Origin: Alphaproteobacteria bacterium
Lineage (GTDB): Bacteria > Pseudomonadota > Alphaproteobacteria > RF32 > CAG-239
Direction: 5' to 3'
Length of the DNA: 64,000 nt
Assembly: GCA_017467515.1 (NCBI GenBank)
Contig: JAFUSU010000030.1
Location: 215-64,214, forward strand
Below the pieces are notes generated by a model that worked only from the letters and a program-made list of their open reading frames with translations, did no database searches and had not been told where the DNA came from. The translations under genes were made by a program, and so were the position numbers. Positions 28,327 to 38,103 of this stretch are shown here, in pieces (position 1 is the first letter of the stretch; every line of letters starts with the position of its first letter).

Positions 28327-29583
28327 CTATTTGAACGCTTGTTTCAAAACATACAAATTAAGAAGTGAAATTTCTTCTTTGTTCAGCGAGCGGTGCAATG
28401 CATTATTGAGCAAATAATCTGCAATGTTCTCAGATGATGCATCAATCCATTCCTGTTCAATTAAAAGAGCCATCATCTTCTCCAATTTCTCCTGAATATA
28501 AGGAGCAAGATTATGTTCTTTTAAATTATTACAAGAAAGAGCAAGAACCACTGTACTGGCACTGGAAAAATGGCGACCGTCGAATATAAATTCGACAATT
28601 TCACTGCTCAAAAAGCCATAGCGAAAACTACGAGCAATGAAACGATATGTAATCTCCTTTAAATCCGTGAAATCGTCAATTCCGCCTTTGAGCAAGTGCT
28701 TTGTTATGAGGGCAACCTGCTTATCCCAGACTTCACGGACTTCCGTGAGCGTCAGAGCGTCACTCCATTTTTTGAGATCGGTGTAGCCATACTTTTCACA
28801 ATAAGTAATGGCTTTCTCTATCTCAGCAATATCTTTGCCGTGCGAGCTCGGAATCGCATAGGGTTTCTTCTTGGTATCGATCATATCCCAAGAATAAACC
28901 TGCATCAGAGCATAGATAACCAATATAGAGGCTTCTTCCTTATGGAGAGGACGCTTGAGAGATTCTTGGAAAATATGCATAGCAATATCTTCGGAATTCT
29001 CAGAAACAATCTTCTCGTTTTGTGCCAATGTCATCAACATAGCATTTAACTTCATACGGCAGACCGTGCTAATCGGTCTTATTGCTTCAATGTTTTTCGC
29101 CAAGAGGACACCGCTTGCCAGAGAGAAATAGTCGCCGGCAAACAGATAGGTCAACATATTACCGGTGAACAGGCCTGTTTTATCGGCCAGATCATCCATA
29201 AAATGGTAACTTATTTTTTTGAACCCTTTTTCGTAGCTGTCCGGTTTTCTTTCGTAAAACAGAGGAACAAGCAAATTGATTTGTCTTTCGTAAACTGTTT
29301 TGTCCGCTTCCAGTGATACCTGCAAAGCTTGTTTAAGCATAACAAGGTCAGGTAACTTTGCCTTTTCGCAAATTATTAACGCTTCGAAAACCTCCTCAAG
29401 AATATCTACTTCTTGGCCACGGTGAGTGATTTTTTTCTCAGCCCAAGGCTTAACGACCGTTTCAAAATCTTCACCGGCCATCAGGCGGGTGTAGAATTTT
29501 TTACGGGCGTAAGGGTAAAGTCTTTTACTCAGAGCGCGTTCTTCTTTAGTCAGCACTCTTGTCTTTTTTATTTTTTCTTTCAT
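28327..29583 (-). CDS. Orphan hypothetical protein with two tandem ~170-aa helical repeats
   Basis: The two halves align: A...CEK...DL, FS.AS.V.LA, KL..M...L...E.I...SE.IA......L.R.L.KEE.S.L..Y.L.Q. Confidence 0.8.
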   Translation of the reverse strand: MKEKIKKTRVLTKEERALSKRLYPYARKKFYTRLMAGEDFETVVKPWAEKKITHRGQEVDILEEVFEALIICEKAKLPDLVMLKQALQVSLEADKTVYERQINLLVPLFYERKPDSYEKGFKKISYHFMDDLADKTGLFTGNMLTYLFAGDYFSLASGVLLAKNIEAIRPISTVCRMKLNAMLMTLAQNEKIVSENSEDIAMHIFQESLKRPLHKEEASILVIYALMQVYSWDMIDTKKKPYAIPSSHGKDIAEIEKAITYCEKYGYTDLKKWSDALTLTEVREVWDKQVALITKHLLKGGIDDFTDLKEITYRFIARSFRYGFLSSEIVEFIFDGRHFSSASTVVLALSCNNLKEHNLAPYIQEKLEKMMALLIEQEWIDASSENIADYLLNNALHRSLNKEEISLLNLYVLKQAFK

Positions 29584-29623
29584 TTTATAAAAATATTAAT
29601 TAATAATTCGGTTTAACTTATTG

Positions 29624-29652
29624 AGTATAGCCAAAAATGAGTTTTGTGTCAA
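29624..29652 (-). promoter_or_regulatory. Near-consensus sigma70 promoter
   Basis: Minus strand TTGACA-17 nt-TATACT. Confidence 0.75.
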
Positions 29653-29672
29653 TAAATGACGTGATAAAAAAT

Positions 29673-29709
29673 AAAAAAAATCCTCTTTGCAAAGAAAGAG
29701 GATTTTTTT
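29673..29709 (-). terminator. Terminator of fadL
   Basis: A8-TCCTCTTT / AAAGAGGA-T7. Confidence 0.8.
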
Positions 29710-29725
29710 AAGGCAGTGTTCGATA

Positions 29726-31012
29726 TTAGAAGTTGTAAACAGCTCCGAAACCAAACAAGTGAATATTACCTTTATATTTAGCCTTCAAAGCACCTCGAGT
29801 CGCATCATTGCCCGTTCCGTTAAGGTTAACTTTGCTGTGTTCGGCATGAATAAAAGTATAGCCGGCATTGAATTTTAAATTATCTGTATATTTATATTCT
29901 AAGCCGGTCGAAAACCAGTATCTGTCTGAGTCAGGAATACGTGGGGTACGTGTCCAGTCAGTAACAGGCGTTTGGTCAAAGGCTAAACCAAAACGCAATT
30001 TCCATTGCTCATCTACCTTATAGCTGGCACCGACAGAATAGAACCAAGCGTCTTTCCAATTTTCATCGGTAACGCTCATCGTTTTTGTCCGACCTTTAAT
30101 CGTTAAATCATCAAAAGAAGACCAGTAGGTTTTTTGAGCTTCAGCCATAACCGACCATTTATCATTGATATCATGATAAATACCCATGGTTAACAGCGCC
30201 GGAGTGGTTAATTTGGCTGTAATGCTTTGATGGTACATCCCGTTTGCTAAAAGTGCGGGACTTTCTCCGGCAAAAGACATATCGCCTTTCAGCTTTTGAT
30301 TAACTTTACTACGATATGAAGCACCAATTCTGGTATCATCCGTAATATTATACAGAGCACCGATAACGTACCCTAAGTCTGTTGCATCACCGGACAACTT
30401 GGCATTTGTTGTTAAGGCAGACATCGGACTCATCGATGGAATACCGTGTAGAACACCGTTTTTGAGAGTCGCATCGGCATATTGAATAACCAATCCGCCA
30501 CCAAGCGAGAATTTATCGTTAAATTGATGAGCATACATTGTCGTTAAATTATAAACGGATAAATCAGACAAAGTCCCGTGGTTAGCACCTGCCCACATCG
30601 GAGAATAATCGGTGATCAGTCCGAATGGCGCATTCAAAGAGATACCAAGAGTATTCTTTTCATTTATTGCTTTTGTTGCAACAACAGAAGGTAAAATAAT
30701 CTTGTTAACAGGGTGATTCATTTTACGATCGTATGCCGCAGGAACATTGGTTCCGGGAATATAGCCTGTAGCACCATCTCCTTTAACGTGTCCGACAATA
30801 GCCGTCGCATTAAAAGAAACTTGATCTGGATTGCGGACTATTCCTGCCGGATTGTAAAATGAATAAGAAGCGTCTTCAGCGCCGGCAGTTGCACCGGCAA
30901 AAGCGTTACCCATACCGGCAATTGATTGCTCACGCAATAAAAAACCAGAAGCGTCAGCATTGGCAGCAGCAAGAATTGTTCCCAAAGCTGTAAGTGTAAT
31001 AAGTTTTTTCAT
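29726..31012 (-). CDS. fadL: FadL/OmpP1 long-chain fatty acid outer-membrane transporter
   Basis: Signal peptide; SGF.LREQS..GMGNAFAG, NPAG and RTPRIPDSDR motifs; terminal YNF. Confidence 0.93.
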   Translation of the reverse strand: MKKLITLTALGTILAAANADASGFLLREQSIAGMGNAFAGATAGAEDASYSFYNPAGIVRNPDQVSFNATAIVGHVKGDGATGYIPGTNVPAAYDRKMNHPVNKIILPSVVATKAINEKNTLGISLNAPFGLITDYSPMWAGANHGTLSDLSVYNLTTMYAHQFNDKFSLGGGLVIQYADATLKNGVLHGIPSMSPMSALTTNAKLSGDATDLGYVIGALYNITDDTRIGASYRSKVNQKLKGDMSFAGESPALLANGMYHQSITAKLTTPALLTMGIYHDINDKWSVMAEAQKTYWSSFDDLTIKGRTKTMSVTDENWKDAWFYSVGASYKVDEQWKLRFGLAFDQTPVTDWTRTPRIPDSDRYWFSTGLEYKYTDNLKFNAGYTFIHAEHSKVNLNGTGNDATRGALKAKYKGNIHLFGFGAVYNF

Positions 31013-31231
31013 AAGTTTTAGTCTTTATGTTGTTAATCCAAACGACAGAACTTATATCTAAAAATGAGATAAAAATCAATATAGTTGTGTATATTGCAAA
31101 CAACCTATGTAAAAATAAGCAATAAAATCAATGAAGTAGACGTATTGTGAACCTCTTTATTATTAAAGACTTTACAAAAAGGAATTTTTTGTTTTAACTA
31201 TTAGCCAAGTTTAACTCTCGGGAGACTATGT

Positions 31232-33412
31232 TTGCAAAATTTTGTTCGTTTTTGCCTGCGTTGTGTTTTCAGGCTTTTTAAAGTTCGTTTTCGTCTTCAA
31301 TTTAAAGAAAAGAAAATCCCCGGACGCGGTGTTTATGTTTCAAATCATGTATCATATCTTGATCCTGTGTTGTTGTTTGCATTTTTACCGGGGAATCCTG
31401 TTTTTGCTTTAAACGGACATTTGTACAGAAACAAGCTGATTCGCTTTTTTATGAAGACAGCCGATATTGTTCCATTTAATCCTATAGAGCCGGGAGATAT
31501 CAAAAATTTAATTGCCAAAGTCAGTGAAGGGCGTTTATGTGTTATCTTTGCCGAGGGGCGTATTACCGAAAACGGAAGTTTGATGAAAATTTACGAAGCT
31601 CCGGGGCTGGTGGCAGATAAATCAAAATCTCCGTTGATTCCGATTTGGATTAACGGTCCGCAGTACGGATTCTTTTCCAAAACAAAAGGTAAATTACCGC
31701 ATCGTCCTTTGCCGAAAGTTTTAATTACTGTGGGTAAACCGCGGAGCTTTAAGTTAAAAGATGAATTGCGCCGCCAACGCGACCACATCAGTAATGAAGT
31801 TTATCAAATACTGAGAGAAATGTGTTTTGAGGTGAATTATAATCCGAATATTTCTTTGTTTGCACAATTAATGAAAACCTCAAAAGTTCACTCTAAAAAG
31901 AACATTATTATGCGTCCGAATTTTGTTGAAGATATCCAGCGCATACCTAATTCTTATAAAGATTTAATCATTAAGTCATTTGTTTTAGGTAAGTATTTTA
32001 AACGGCAGACTCGTTTAGGTGAACATGTTGCTTTGTTATTACCAAACTCTATTGCTACAATCTGTACATTCTTTGGGTTGTCTGCTTATGACCGTGTTCC
32101 GGTTATGCTGAATTTCTCTGTCGGTGCAAAAAATATTGCCTCTATGTGCAATACGGCACAGGTTAAAATGATTATCACATCGTTGACGTTTATAAAAACG
32201 GCGAAGTTGGAAGCCGCGGTCGAAGTTTTGAAAGCATCGGGTTACAACATCGTTTATTTAGAGTCGTTGCGCAAAAAAATAGGCTTGTGGAGTAAGATTA
32301 ATGCCTTTCTTCGTTATAAAATAAAGCGAGTTCCTCATCGTGACGGGGGCAACAAAAAGGCTGTTATTTTGTTTACTTCCGGTTCGGAAGGAGCTCCGAA
32401 AGCCGTTGTTTTAAGCCATGCAAATATTATTTCTAATATCAAGCAAATGGCAGCAATTGAAACGATCAATACAACGGATACCGTTTTTAACGCTTTACCG
32501 ATGTTTCATAGCTTGGGGTTAACCGTTGGAACGTTGTTCCCGATTCTCGAGGGGGCAAAATTATTTTTATATCCGTCTCCTTTACATTATCGTGTTGTTG
32601 CTGAAATCGTTTATGAAATCGGAGCAACCATTATGTTTGGAACAGATACGTTTTTCCGCGGTTATGCAAAAATAGCACATCCGTTTGATTTTCATAACGT
32701 CCGTTTTATGTTTGGTGGTGCCGAAGCAATTAAGCCGGATACCCGTAATATTTGGATGGAACGTTTGGGGATTCGCGTGATGGAAGGTTACGGTTCAACA
32801 GAGTGTTCTCCGGTTATTACCGCTAATAACAGTATTTTTAACAGATTCGGGTCAATCGGTAAATTGTTGCCGGCAATTCAATATAAGATAGAGCCGGTTG
32901 ACGGTATTGCCAAAGGAGGAGAATTGGTTGTCAAGGGGCCGAATGTTATGCTCGGGTATATTATGCCGAATAATCCGGGGGTTCTTGTTCCGCTGGAAGA
33001 TGGTTGGTATCATACCGGTGATGTTGTTGAAATTGATGAAATCGGGTTCTTGTATATCAAAGACAGAATTAAACGTTTTGCAAAAATCGGTGGCGAAATG
33101 GTTTCCTTGAATGCCGTTGATGAAATGGTGCGTCGAGCTTATGAATGGATGGGAAGCAATTTTGAATACGGTGTTGTTTCCGTTCCGCATGAAAGCAAGG
33201 GAGAGCAGATTGTTTTGGTGACAAATAACACGAATGTTCAACAAGATGTTTTGCAAAATTATATCAGAAATAACGGTATGTCGGAGTTATTCTTGCCGAG
33301 AATTATCCTTTATCGTGAACATTTACCTGTCTTTGCAACGGGTAAGGCAGATAATGTGACACTGAAAAAAGAAGTTCTGGAAGAATTGTCTCAACAAAAA
33401 CAGGCAGCTTAA
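31232..33412 (+). CDS. aas: Bifunctional 2-acyl-GPE acyltransferase / acyl-ACP synthetase
   Basis: PlsC domain with NHVSYLD and FAEG; AMP-binding domain with FTSGSEG.PK, GYG.TE, YHTGD and R.KRFAKIGGEMVSL; TTG start 7 nt after GGGAG. Confidence 0.92.
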   Translation: MQNFVRFCLRCVFRLFKVRFRLQFKEKKIPGRGVYVSNHVSYLDPVLLFAFLPGNPVFALNGHLYRNKLIRFFMKTADIVPFNPIEPGDIKNLIAKVSEGRLCVIFAEGRITENGSLMKIYEAPGLVADKSKSPLIPIWINGPQYGFFSKTKGKLPHRPLPKVLITVGKPRSFKLKDELRRQRDHISNEVYQILREMCFEVNYNPNISLFAQLMKTSKVHSKKNIIMRPNFVEDIQRIPNSYKDLIIKSFVLGKYFKRQTRLGEHVALLLPNSIATICTFFGLSAYDRVPVMLNFSVGAKNIASMCNTAQVKMIITSLTFIKTAKLEAAVEVLKASGYNIVYLESLRKKIGLWSKINAFLRYKIKRVPHRDGGNKKAVILFTSGSEGAPKAVVLSHANIISNIKQMAAIETINTTDTVFNALPMFHSLGLTVGTLFPILEGAKLFLYPSPLHYRVVAEIVYEIGATIMFGTDTFFRGYAKIAHPFDFHNVRFMFGGAEAIKPDTRNIWMERLGIRVMEGYGSTECSPVITANNSIFNRFGSIGKLLPAIQYKIEPVDGIAKGGELVVKGPNVMLGYIMPNNPGVLVPLEDGWYHTGDVVEIDEIGFLYIKDRIKRFAKIGGEMVSLNAVDEMVRRAYEWMGSNFEYGVVSVPHESKGEQIVLVTNNTNVQQDVLQNYIRNNGMSELFLPRIILYREHLPVFATGKADNVTLKKEVLEELSQQKQAA

Positions 33413-33420
33413 CGGATAAT

Positions 33421-33450
33421 AAAAAAGCTCCTCAAATGAGGAGCTTTTTT
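33421..33450. terminator. Bidirectional terminator
   Basis: A6-GCTCCTCA / TGAGGAGC-T6. Confidence 0.85.
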
Positions 33451-33464
33451 GTGAATATTAAAGG

Positions 33465-33926
33465 CTAGTAATAAGCCGGTGTGACACGTGCCGGATGCCC
33501 AAGGCTGACATAGCATCTTTGCCCCGGGTTGAGTAAAATGTCGTTACCTTGTGTAACGGTCACCATATTGCCGTTATCTAACCGAATAACGTATTCATAA
33601 CCTTGCTGAGAAGATAACCCTTTTTGTGCGGCATTACCGGCAATACCGCCGAGAACAGCACCACCGATGGCACCGATTGTGTGGGCACGACTTCCGCCAC
33701 CGATGGCAGAACCGCCGACACCGCCAAGACCGGCACCGATTAATGTTCCGGCATTATTATCTTCAGAAGAAACAGTAATTTGACGAACGGAAACAACGGT
33801 TCCTGCCATTGTTTGTGCAGCAACCCCGACAGAGCTTGTACTGTAGTGAGATGAAGAAATATCCGATGTGCAGGCAGCAATCGGCATAATTAATGCGGCC
33901 GAAGCCAATAAAATGAGTTTATGCAT
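33465..33926 (-). CDS. Glycine-zipper outer-membrane lipoprotein (SlyB/Pcp-like)
   Basis: Lipobox IAAC; glycine zipper GAGLGGVGGSAIGGG...GAIGGAVLGG. Confidence 0.88.
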   Translation of the reverse strand: MHKLILLASAALIMPIAACTSDISSSHYSTSSVGVAAQTMAGTVVSVRQITVSSEDNNAGTLIGAGLGGVGGSAIGGGSRAHTIGAIGGAVLGGIAGNAAQKGLSSQQGYEYVIRLDNGNMVTVTQGNDILLNPGQRCYVSLGHPARVTPAYY

Positions 33927-34075
33927 TATTAATGCTCCTTATTAAAGTTATCCTGCCCTATATAATTATACAGGGATTAAAATTTGTCAATGCTGGACAT
34001 TTAATAAGAAATGGTTTATATTCCCATACGCAAAATGATCTTGCAAAATAATTAGATAAAATTAGGAATATAAAG

Positions 34076-35464
34076 ATGTTAAAAAGAACAAAAATAAAAG
34101 CATTATTGGCTGATGGAAAACCTCAGGCAGAAGTATTGGTTAAAGGATGGGTTCGAACCCGCAGAGATGCAAAAGACTTTTCGTTTGTTGAAGTTAATGA
34201 CGGATCTTGCTTAAAAAATATTCAAATTATCGCCAATAATAATTTATCTAATTATGAAGATGTCAAAAAAATAACGACAGGTTCTTCTGTTGCAATCAGA
34301 GGCGCTTTGGTTGCTTCTAAAGGAGGAAATCAGGCTGTTGAATTAGTCGCTGACGAAATTGAAATTTATTCTTTGGCGCCGGATGATTTTCCTCTGCAAA
34401 AGAAAAAACATACAGATGAATATTTGCGGACAATAGCACACTTACGTCCGAGAACAAACAAATATGGAGCGGCCTTCCGCGTTCGTTCGGAGTTGTCGTT
34501 TGCAATTCATAAATTTTTTAATGAACGAGGGTTCCGCTATGTTCACACACCATTGATTACAGGTTCAGACTGTGAGGGTGCCGGAGAAATGTTTCAGGTG
34601 ACAACTTTAGATTTAAACAGTGTTCCTAAACTACCGAACGGACAAGTTGATTATAGTAAGGATTTCTTTGGAAAACCTGCGCATTTGACAGTATCCGGAC
34701 AATTAAACGGTGAGATGTATGCCCTCGCTTTGGGTGATATTTATACTTTCGGACCGACATTCAGAGCAGAAAATTCAAACACACCGCGTCACGCTGCTGA
34801 GTTTTGGATGATTGAGCCGGAAATGGCATTTGCCGATTTAAATGACGATATGGATTTAGCCGAAGATATGGTTCGTTACTGTGTTAAGCACGTTATGAAC
34901 ACTTGTGCGGAAGATTTGGAATTGTTTGCCAAATATGTTGATACAACCTTGCCTGAAACTCTGAAAAATATTGTAGAAAAAGGATTCGCAAGAATTACTT
35001 ATACGGAGGCTATCGAAATTATGAAAAAATCCGGCCGTAAATTTGAATACACGCCGGAATATGGTATCGATTTACAAACGGAACATGAACGTTATTTAGC
35101 TGAAGAACATTTCAAGCGTCCGGTCATTGTTCGCGATTATCCGAAAGAAATTAAGGCATTTTATATGCGTATGAATGATGATGGAAAAACCGTTGCGGCG
35201 ATGGATGTCCTTGTTCCCAGAATAGGAGAATTAATCGGCGGATCTCAACGTGAAGAACGCTATGATGTTTTGGTTCAGAAAATAAAAGATATGGGGATGA
35301 AGGAAGAGGATTACAGTTGGTATTTGGATTCTCGTAAATTCGGCTCGGTTCCGCATGCCGGATTTGGTTTGGGTTTTGAAAGAATGATGATGTTATTGAC
35401 GGGAATTGCCAATATTCGCGATGTCATTCCTTTCCCGAGAACGCCGAATTCTATTAATTTCTAG
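34076..35464 (+). CDS. asnS: Asparagine-tRNA ligase
   Basis: Motifs [41 protein letters not shown] and [11 protein letters not shown]. Confidence 0.97.
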   Translation: MLKRTKIKALLADGKPQAEVLVKGWVRTRRDAKDFSFVEVNDGSCLKNIQIIANNNLSNYEDVKKITTGSSVAIRGALVASKGGNQAVELVADEIEIYSLAPDDFPLQKKKHTDEYLRTIAHLRPRTNKYGAAFRVRSELSFAIHKFFNERGFRYVHTPLITGSDCEGAGEMFQVTTLDLNSVPKLPNGQVDYSKDFFGKPAHLTVSGQLNGEMYALALGDIYTFGPTFRAENSNTPRHAAEFWMIEPEMAFADLNDDMDLAEDMVRYCVKHVMNTCAEDLELFAKYVDTTLPETLKNIVEKGFARITYTEAIEIMKKSGRKFEYTPEYGIDLQTEHERYLAEEHFKRPVIVRDYPKEIKAFYMRMNDDGKTVAAMDVLVPRIGELIGGSQREERYDVLVQKIKDMGMKEEDYSWYLDSRKFGSVPHAGFGLGFERMMMLLTGIANIRDVIPFPRTPNSINF

Positions 35465-35474
35465 CAGGTGAAGA

Positions 35475-35957
35475 ATGATAAAGCTGTTTTTGATTTTATG
35501 TTTGCTGGGAATGTCAGAGGTAAAAGCTCAAGAGGCAGAAGCCGTTATTACCGAAGCTGCGGTACAGCGGGTGCAACTCCCGTCTTGCCAAGATGAAAGA
35601 CTCATTTCTCAAGTGAAAGAATTATTAGAGCAATATCATCAAGAACACCCGGTTAGTTCTTTATATGAAAAAAGACAAAGAGCCTTACAGCTCAGATATA
35701 TTACAGAGTATGAAGAAGAAAAAGTAGCCGGTTATACAGCTAAGAAAAATGAAGTTGTCGCCAATAAATTATTAATGACAAAAATTAATCAAGGCTTAGC
35801 GGACGAAGAAATTCGCCTATGCAAGAGTATAAATCAAAATGCTCATTTTAAACCCGTTTATTTAATGATGTATGGTGATGCAGAGGGACAAACACAATTA
35901 TTTGTTCTTAATTTTTTAGATAATCCGAATGAGGAGCTGAAAACAGTTTTAAAATAA
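35475..35957 (+). CDS. Hypothetical exported protein
   Basis: Signal peptide; two Cys residues. Confidence 0.7.
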   Translation: MIKLFLILCLLGMSEVKAQEAEAVITEAAVQRVQLPSCQDERLISQVKELLEQYHQEHPVSSLYEKRQRALQLRYITEYEEEKVAGYTAKKNEVVANKLLMTKINQGLADEEIRLCKSINQNAHFKPVYLMMYGDAEGQTQLFVLNFLDNPNEELKTVLK

Positions 35958-36077
35958 AAAAAATATTTTTATTCTGCTTGAATATCCCTTCATTTTGTAA
36001 TAGAGTAACAAGTTAAGGGTTGAAAAAAACAGATGAATAAATATTTGAATGATTGATTGAAAGAAGAAGTTAAACAA

Positions 36078-36980
36078 ATGAGTCAAAATAACAGTTTAAT
36101 GGTTTTGAAAAATAGCGCAAATTTGCCTGCGGCGGTTGACGGAGGCGGGCTGATCGCTTATTTCGAAAAAATTAAAAAGTTTCCGATTCTGAGTGATGAT
36201 GAAGAACAGGAATTGTTAATTGATTTTAAACAAAACGGCAATTTACAAGCCGCCCAAAAATTAGTTACTTCTCATTTACGATTGGCGGCCAAAATAGCAA
36301 TGACCTATCGCAATTACGGTTTGCCTCTGGCTGATTTGGTGTCTGAAGCCAATATCGGATTGATGCAGGCTGTTAAAAAATTTGATTTAAGCAAAAAAGT
36401 TCGTTTGGCAACATATGCTATCTGGTGGATAAAAGCCGCTCTGAATGATTTTATATTAAGATCTTGGTCATTGGTTAAAATAGGGACTGTTGCCGCACAA
36501 AAAAAGCTTTTCTATAATTTAAATAGAATTAAAGCGCGTCTTGGTATTTATGAAAATGCGGGACTAACGCCTGAAAACGTTAAAACGATTGCACAAGAAC
36601 TGGTTGTTGATGAAAAAGACGTTATCGAAATGAATCAGAGATTACACACTGATGCATCCTTAAATGTCACAGTCGGGGACGATGACGGACAGGAACGTCA
36701 AAATTTACTGGTTGACAGTCGTGAAAATATTGAAGCTCATTTGGCTAATAAACAGGAAAGCGCTTATAAGCAGAGCATATTAAAAAAATGTCTGGCAAAG
36801 TTAGATGAGCGTGAGCAATATATCATTAAAAGCAGAATGTTAACGGATGAACCTCAGACTTTGGAGGAGTTAGGGATTAAATTTGCTGTCAGTCGGGAGC
36901 GTATCCGTCAAATTGAGAAAAAGGCTTTTGAGCATCTTTCTGTTTTGGTTAAATCGGAATTGGCACAAGAGGCGGCATAA
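36078..36980 (+). CDS. rpoH: RNA polymerase sigma-32 factor
   Basis: RpoH box QKKLFYNL; DLVSEANIGLMQAVKKFD; SRERIRQIE. Confidence 0.92.
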   Translation: MSQNNSLMVLKNSANLPAAVDGGGLIAYFEKIKKFPILSDDEEQELLIDFKQNGNLQAAQKLVTSHLRLAAKIAMTYRNYGLPLADLVSEANIGLMQAVKKFDLSKKVRLATYAIWWIKAALNDFILRSWSLVKIGTVAAQKKLFYNLNRIKARLGIYENAGLTPENVKTIAQELVVDEKDVIEMNQRLHTDASLNVTVGDDDGQERQNLLVDSRENIEAHLANKQESAYKQSILKKCLAKLDEREQYIIKSRMLTDEPQTLEELGIKFAVSRERIRQIEKKAFEHLSVLVKSELAQEAA

Positions 36981-37117
36981 TGCAAAACAAAGAATATTCT
37001 TCAAAAATTTTGCTAAAAATGCTGACAGTTAAAATTCTTCACCATTTAGAAACCGTCAGAAAATATAATCACCAATATATACCGCAGAAAATAAAAGATT
37101 TTCTATTGTTAAAATAA
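36980..37117 (+). CDS. Putative small protein (45 aa) coupled to rpoH
   Basis: TAATG overlap with the rpoH stop; MQNKEYSSKILLKMLTVKILHHLETVRKYNHQYIPQKIKDFLLLK*; ends 6 nt before the prmC ATG. Confidence 0.45.
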   Translation: MQNKEYSSKILLKMLTVKILHHLETVRKYNHQYIPQKIKDFLLLK

Positions 37118-37123
37118 TCTAAA

Positions 37124-37966
37124 ATGCAAGTATACAATACGCTGATAACTAAATTGGCTCAGGCCGGCATTTCTTCCCCGCGAATGGAAGCAAAATTATT
37201 GTTGGCATTCCTCTTAAAAAAAGAAGAAAACAGCATTGATATATTAAACGCTCAGTTAAATCAAGAACAGCAAAATGAATTAGCTTGTTTATTGCACCGC
37301 CGCATCAATAATCGAGAACCTTTAGATAAAATACTAGGACACAAAGGTTTTTACAAATATGATTTCTTTGTAAATTCAGATGTTTTGTCGCCACGACCGG
37401 AAACGGAAATTTTATTGGAAAAAGCATTGTCTTTGGCTGTAAAAGAGGATTTATCGATTCTGGATTTAGGAACCGGAAGCGGATGTATTCTGTTAAGTTT
37501 ACTAAAGGAAAGACCATTAGCAACAGGAGTGGGCGTTGATGTCTCAGCAAAAGCACTTGATGTCGCTCGGAAAAATGCTGAAAATTTAGCCGTATCATCA
37601 CAAGTCAAATGGCTGAACAAAAGTTGGTTTGATGAAGATTTTTTGAGCTTTTTTTCTCGTCCGTTTGATATAATTGTTTCTAATCCCCCATATATTGCCG
37701 ATGCTGAAATTAAAACATTGGATAAGGAAGTAAGAGAATATGACCCGTTGCCTGCTTTGTCAGGAGGTCGGGATGGCTTGGAATCTTACCGTCGAATTGC
37801 AGAAGTAACCCCTTTTTTATTATCAAAAGAAGGTTATATTCTTCTGGAATGCGGACTGGGACAAGCTGATCAGGTTAATGAAATTTTTATTGCACAAGGT
37901 TTAGAGCCGTTTGGTATCTTAAAAGATTTACAAGGTATTGAACGTTGTATAATTTTGAAAAAATAA
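37124..37966 (+). CDS. prmC: Release factor glutamine methyltransferase
   Basis: Motifs EPL..ILG, PRPETE, LDLGTGSGCI, SNPPYI and AL.GG.DGL. Confidence 0.95.
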   Translation: MQVYNTLITKLAQAGISSPRMEAKLLLAFLLKKEENSIDILNAQLNQEQQNELACLLHRRINNREPLDKILGHKGFYKYDFFVNSDVLSPRPETEILLEKALSLAVKEDLSILDLGTGSGCILLSLLKERPLATGVGVDVSAKALDVARKNAENLAVSSQVKWLNKSWFDEDFLSFFSRPFDIIVSNPPYIADAEIKTLDKEVREYDPLPALSGGRDGLESYRRIAEVTPFLLSKEGYILLECGLGQADQVNEIFIAQGLEPFGILKDLQGIERCIILKK

Positions 37967-38103
37967 TTTGCATTTATAAAAAATATATGTATGATGCAGC
38001 CATAGCATAGATTTTATAATGCTTATTTATTTTTTCCTAACACATAATTTTTAATTTCGATAAAAACATCTGATGTTTTTATCATTAACATTGGTAATAA
38101 TTT

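Noticed and set aside
31228-31281. Frameshifted aas start (ATG 31228 out of frame)
   Set aside because: The SD GGGAG is only 3 nt from this ATG but 7 nt from the in-frame TTG at 31232, so no frameshift is needed.
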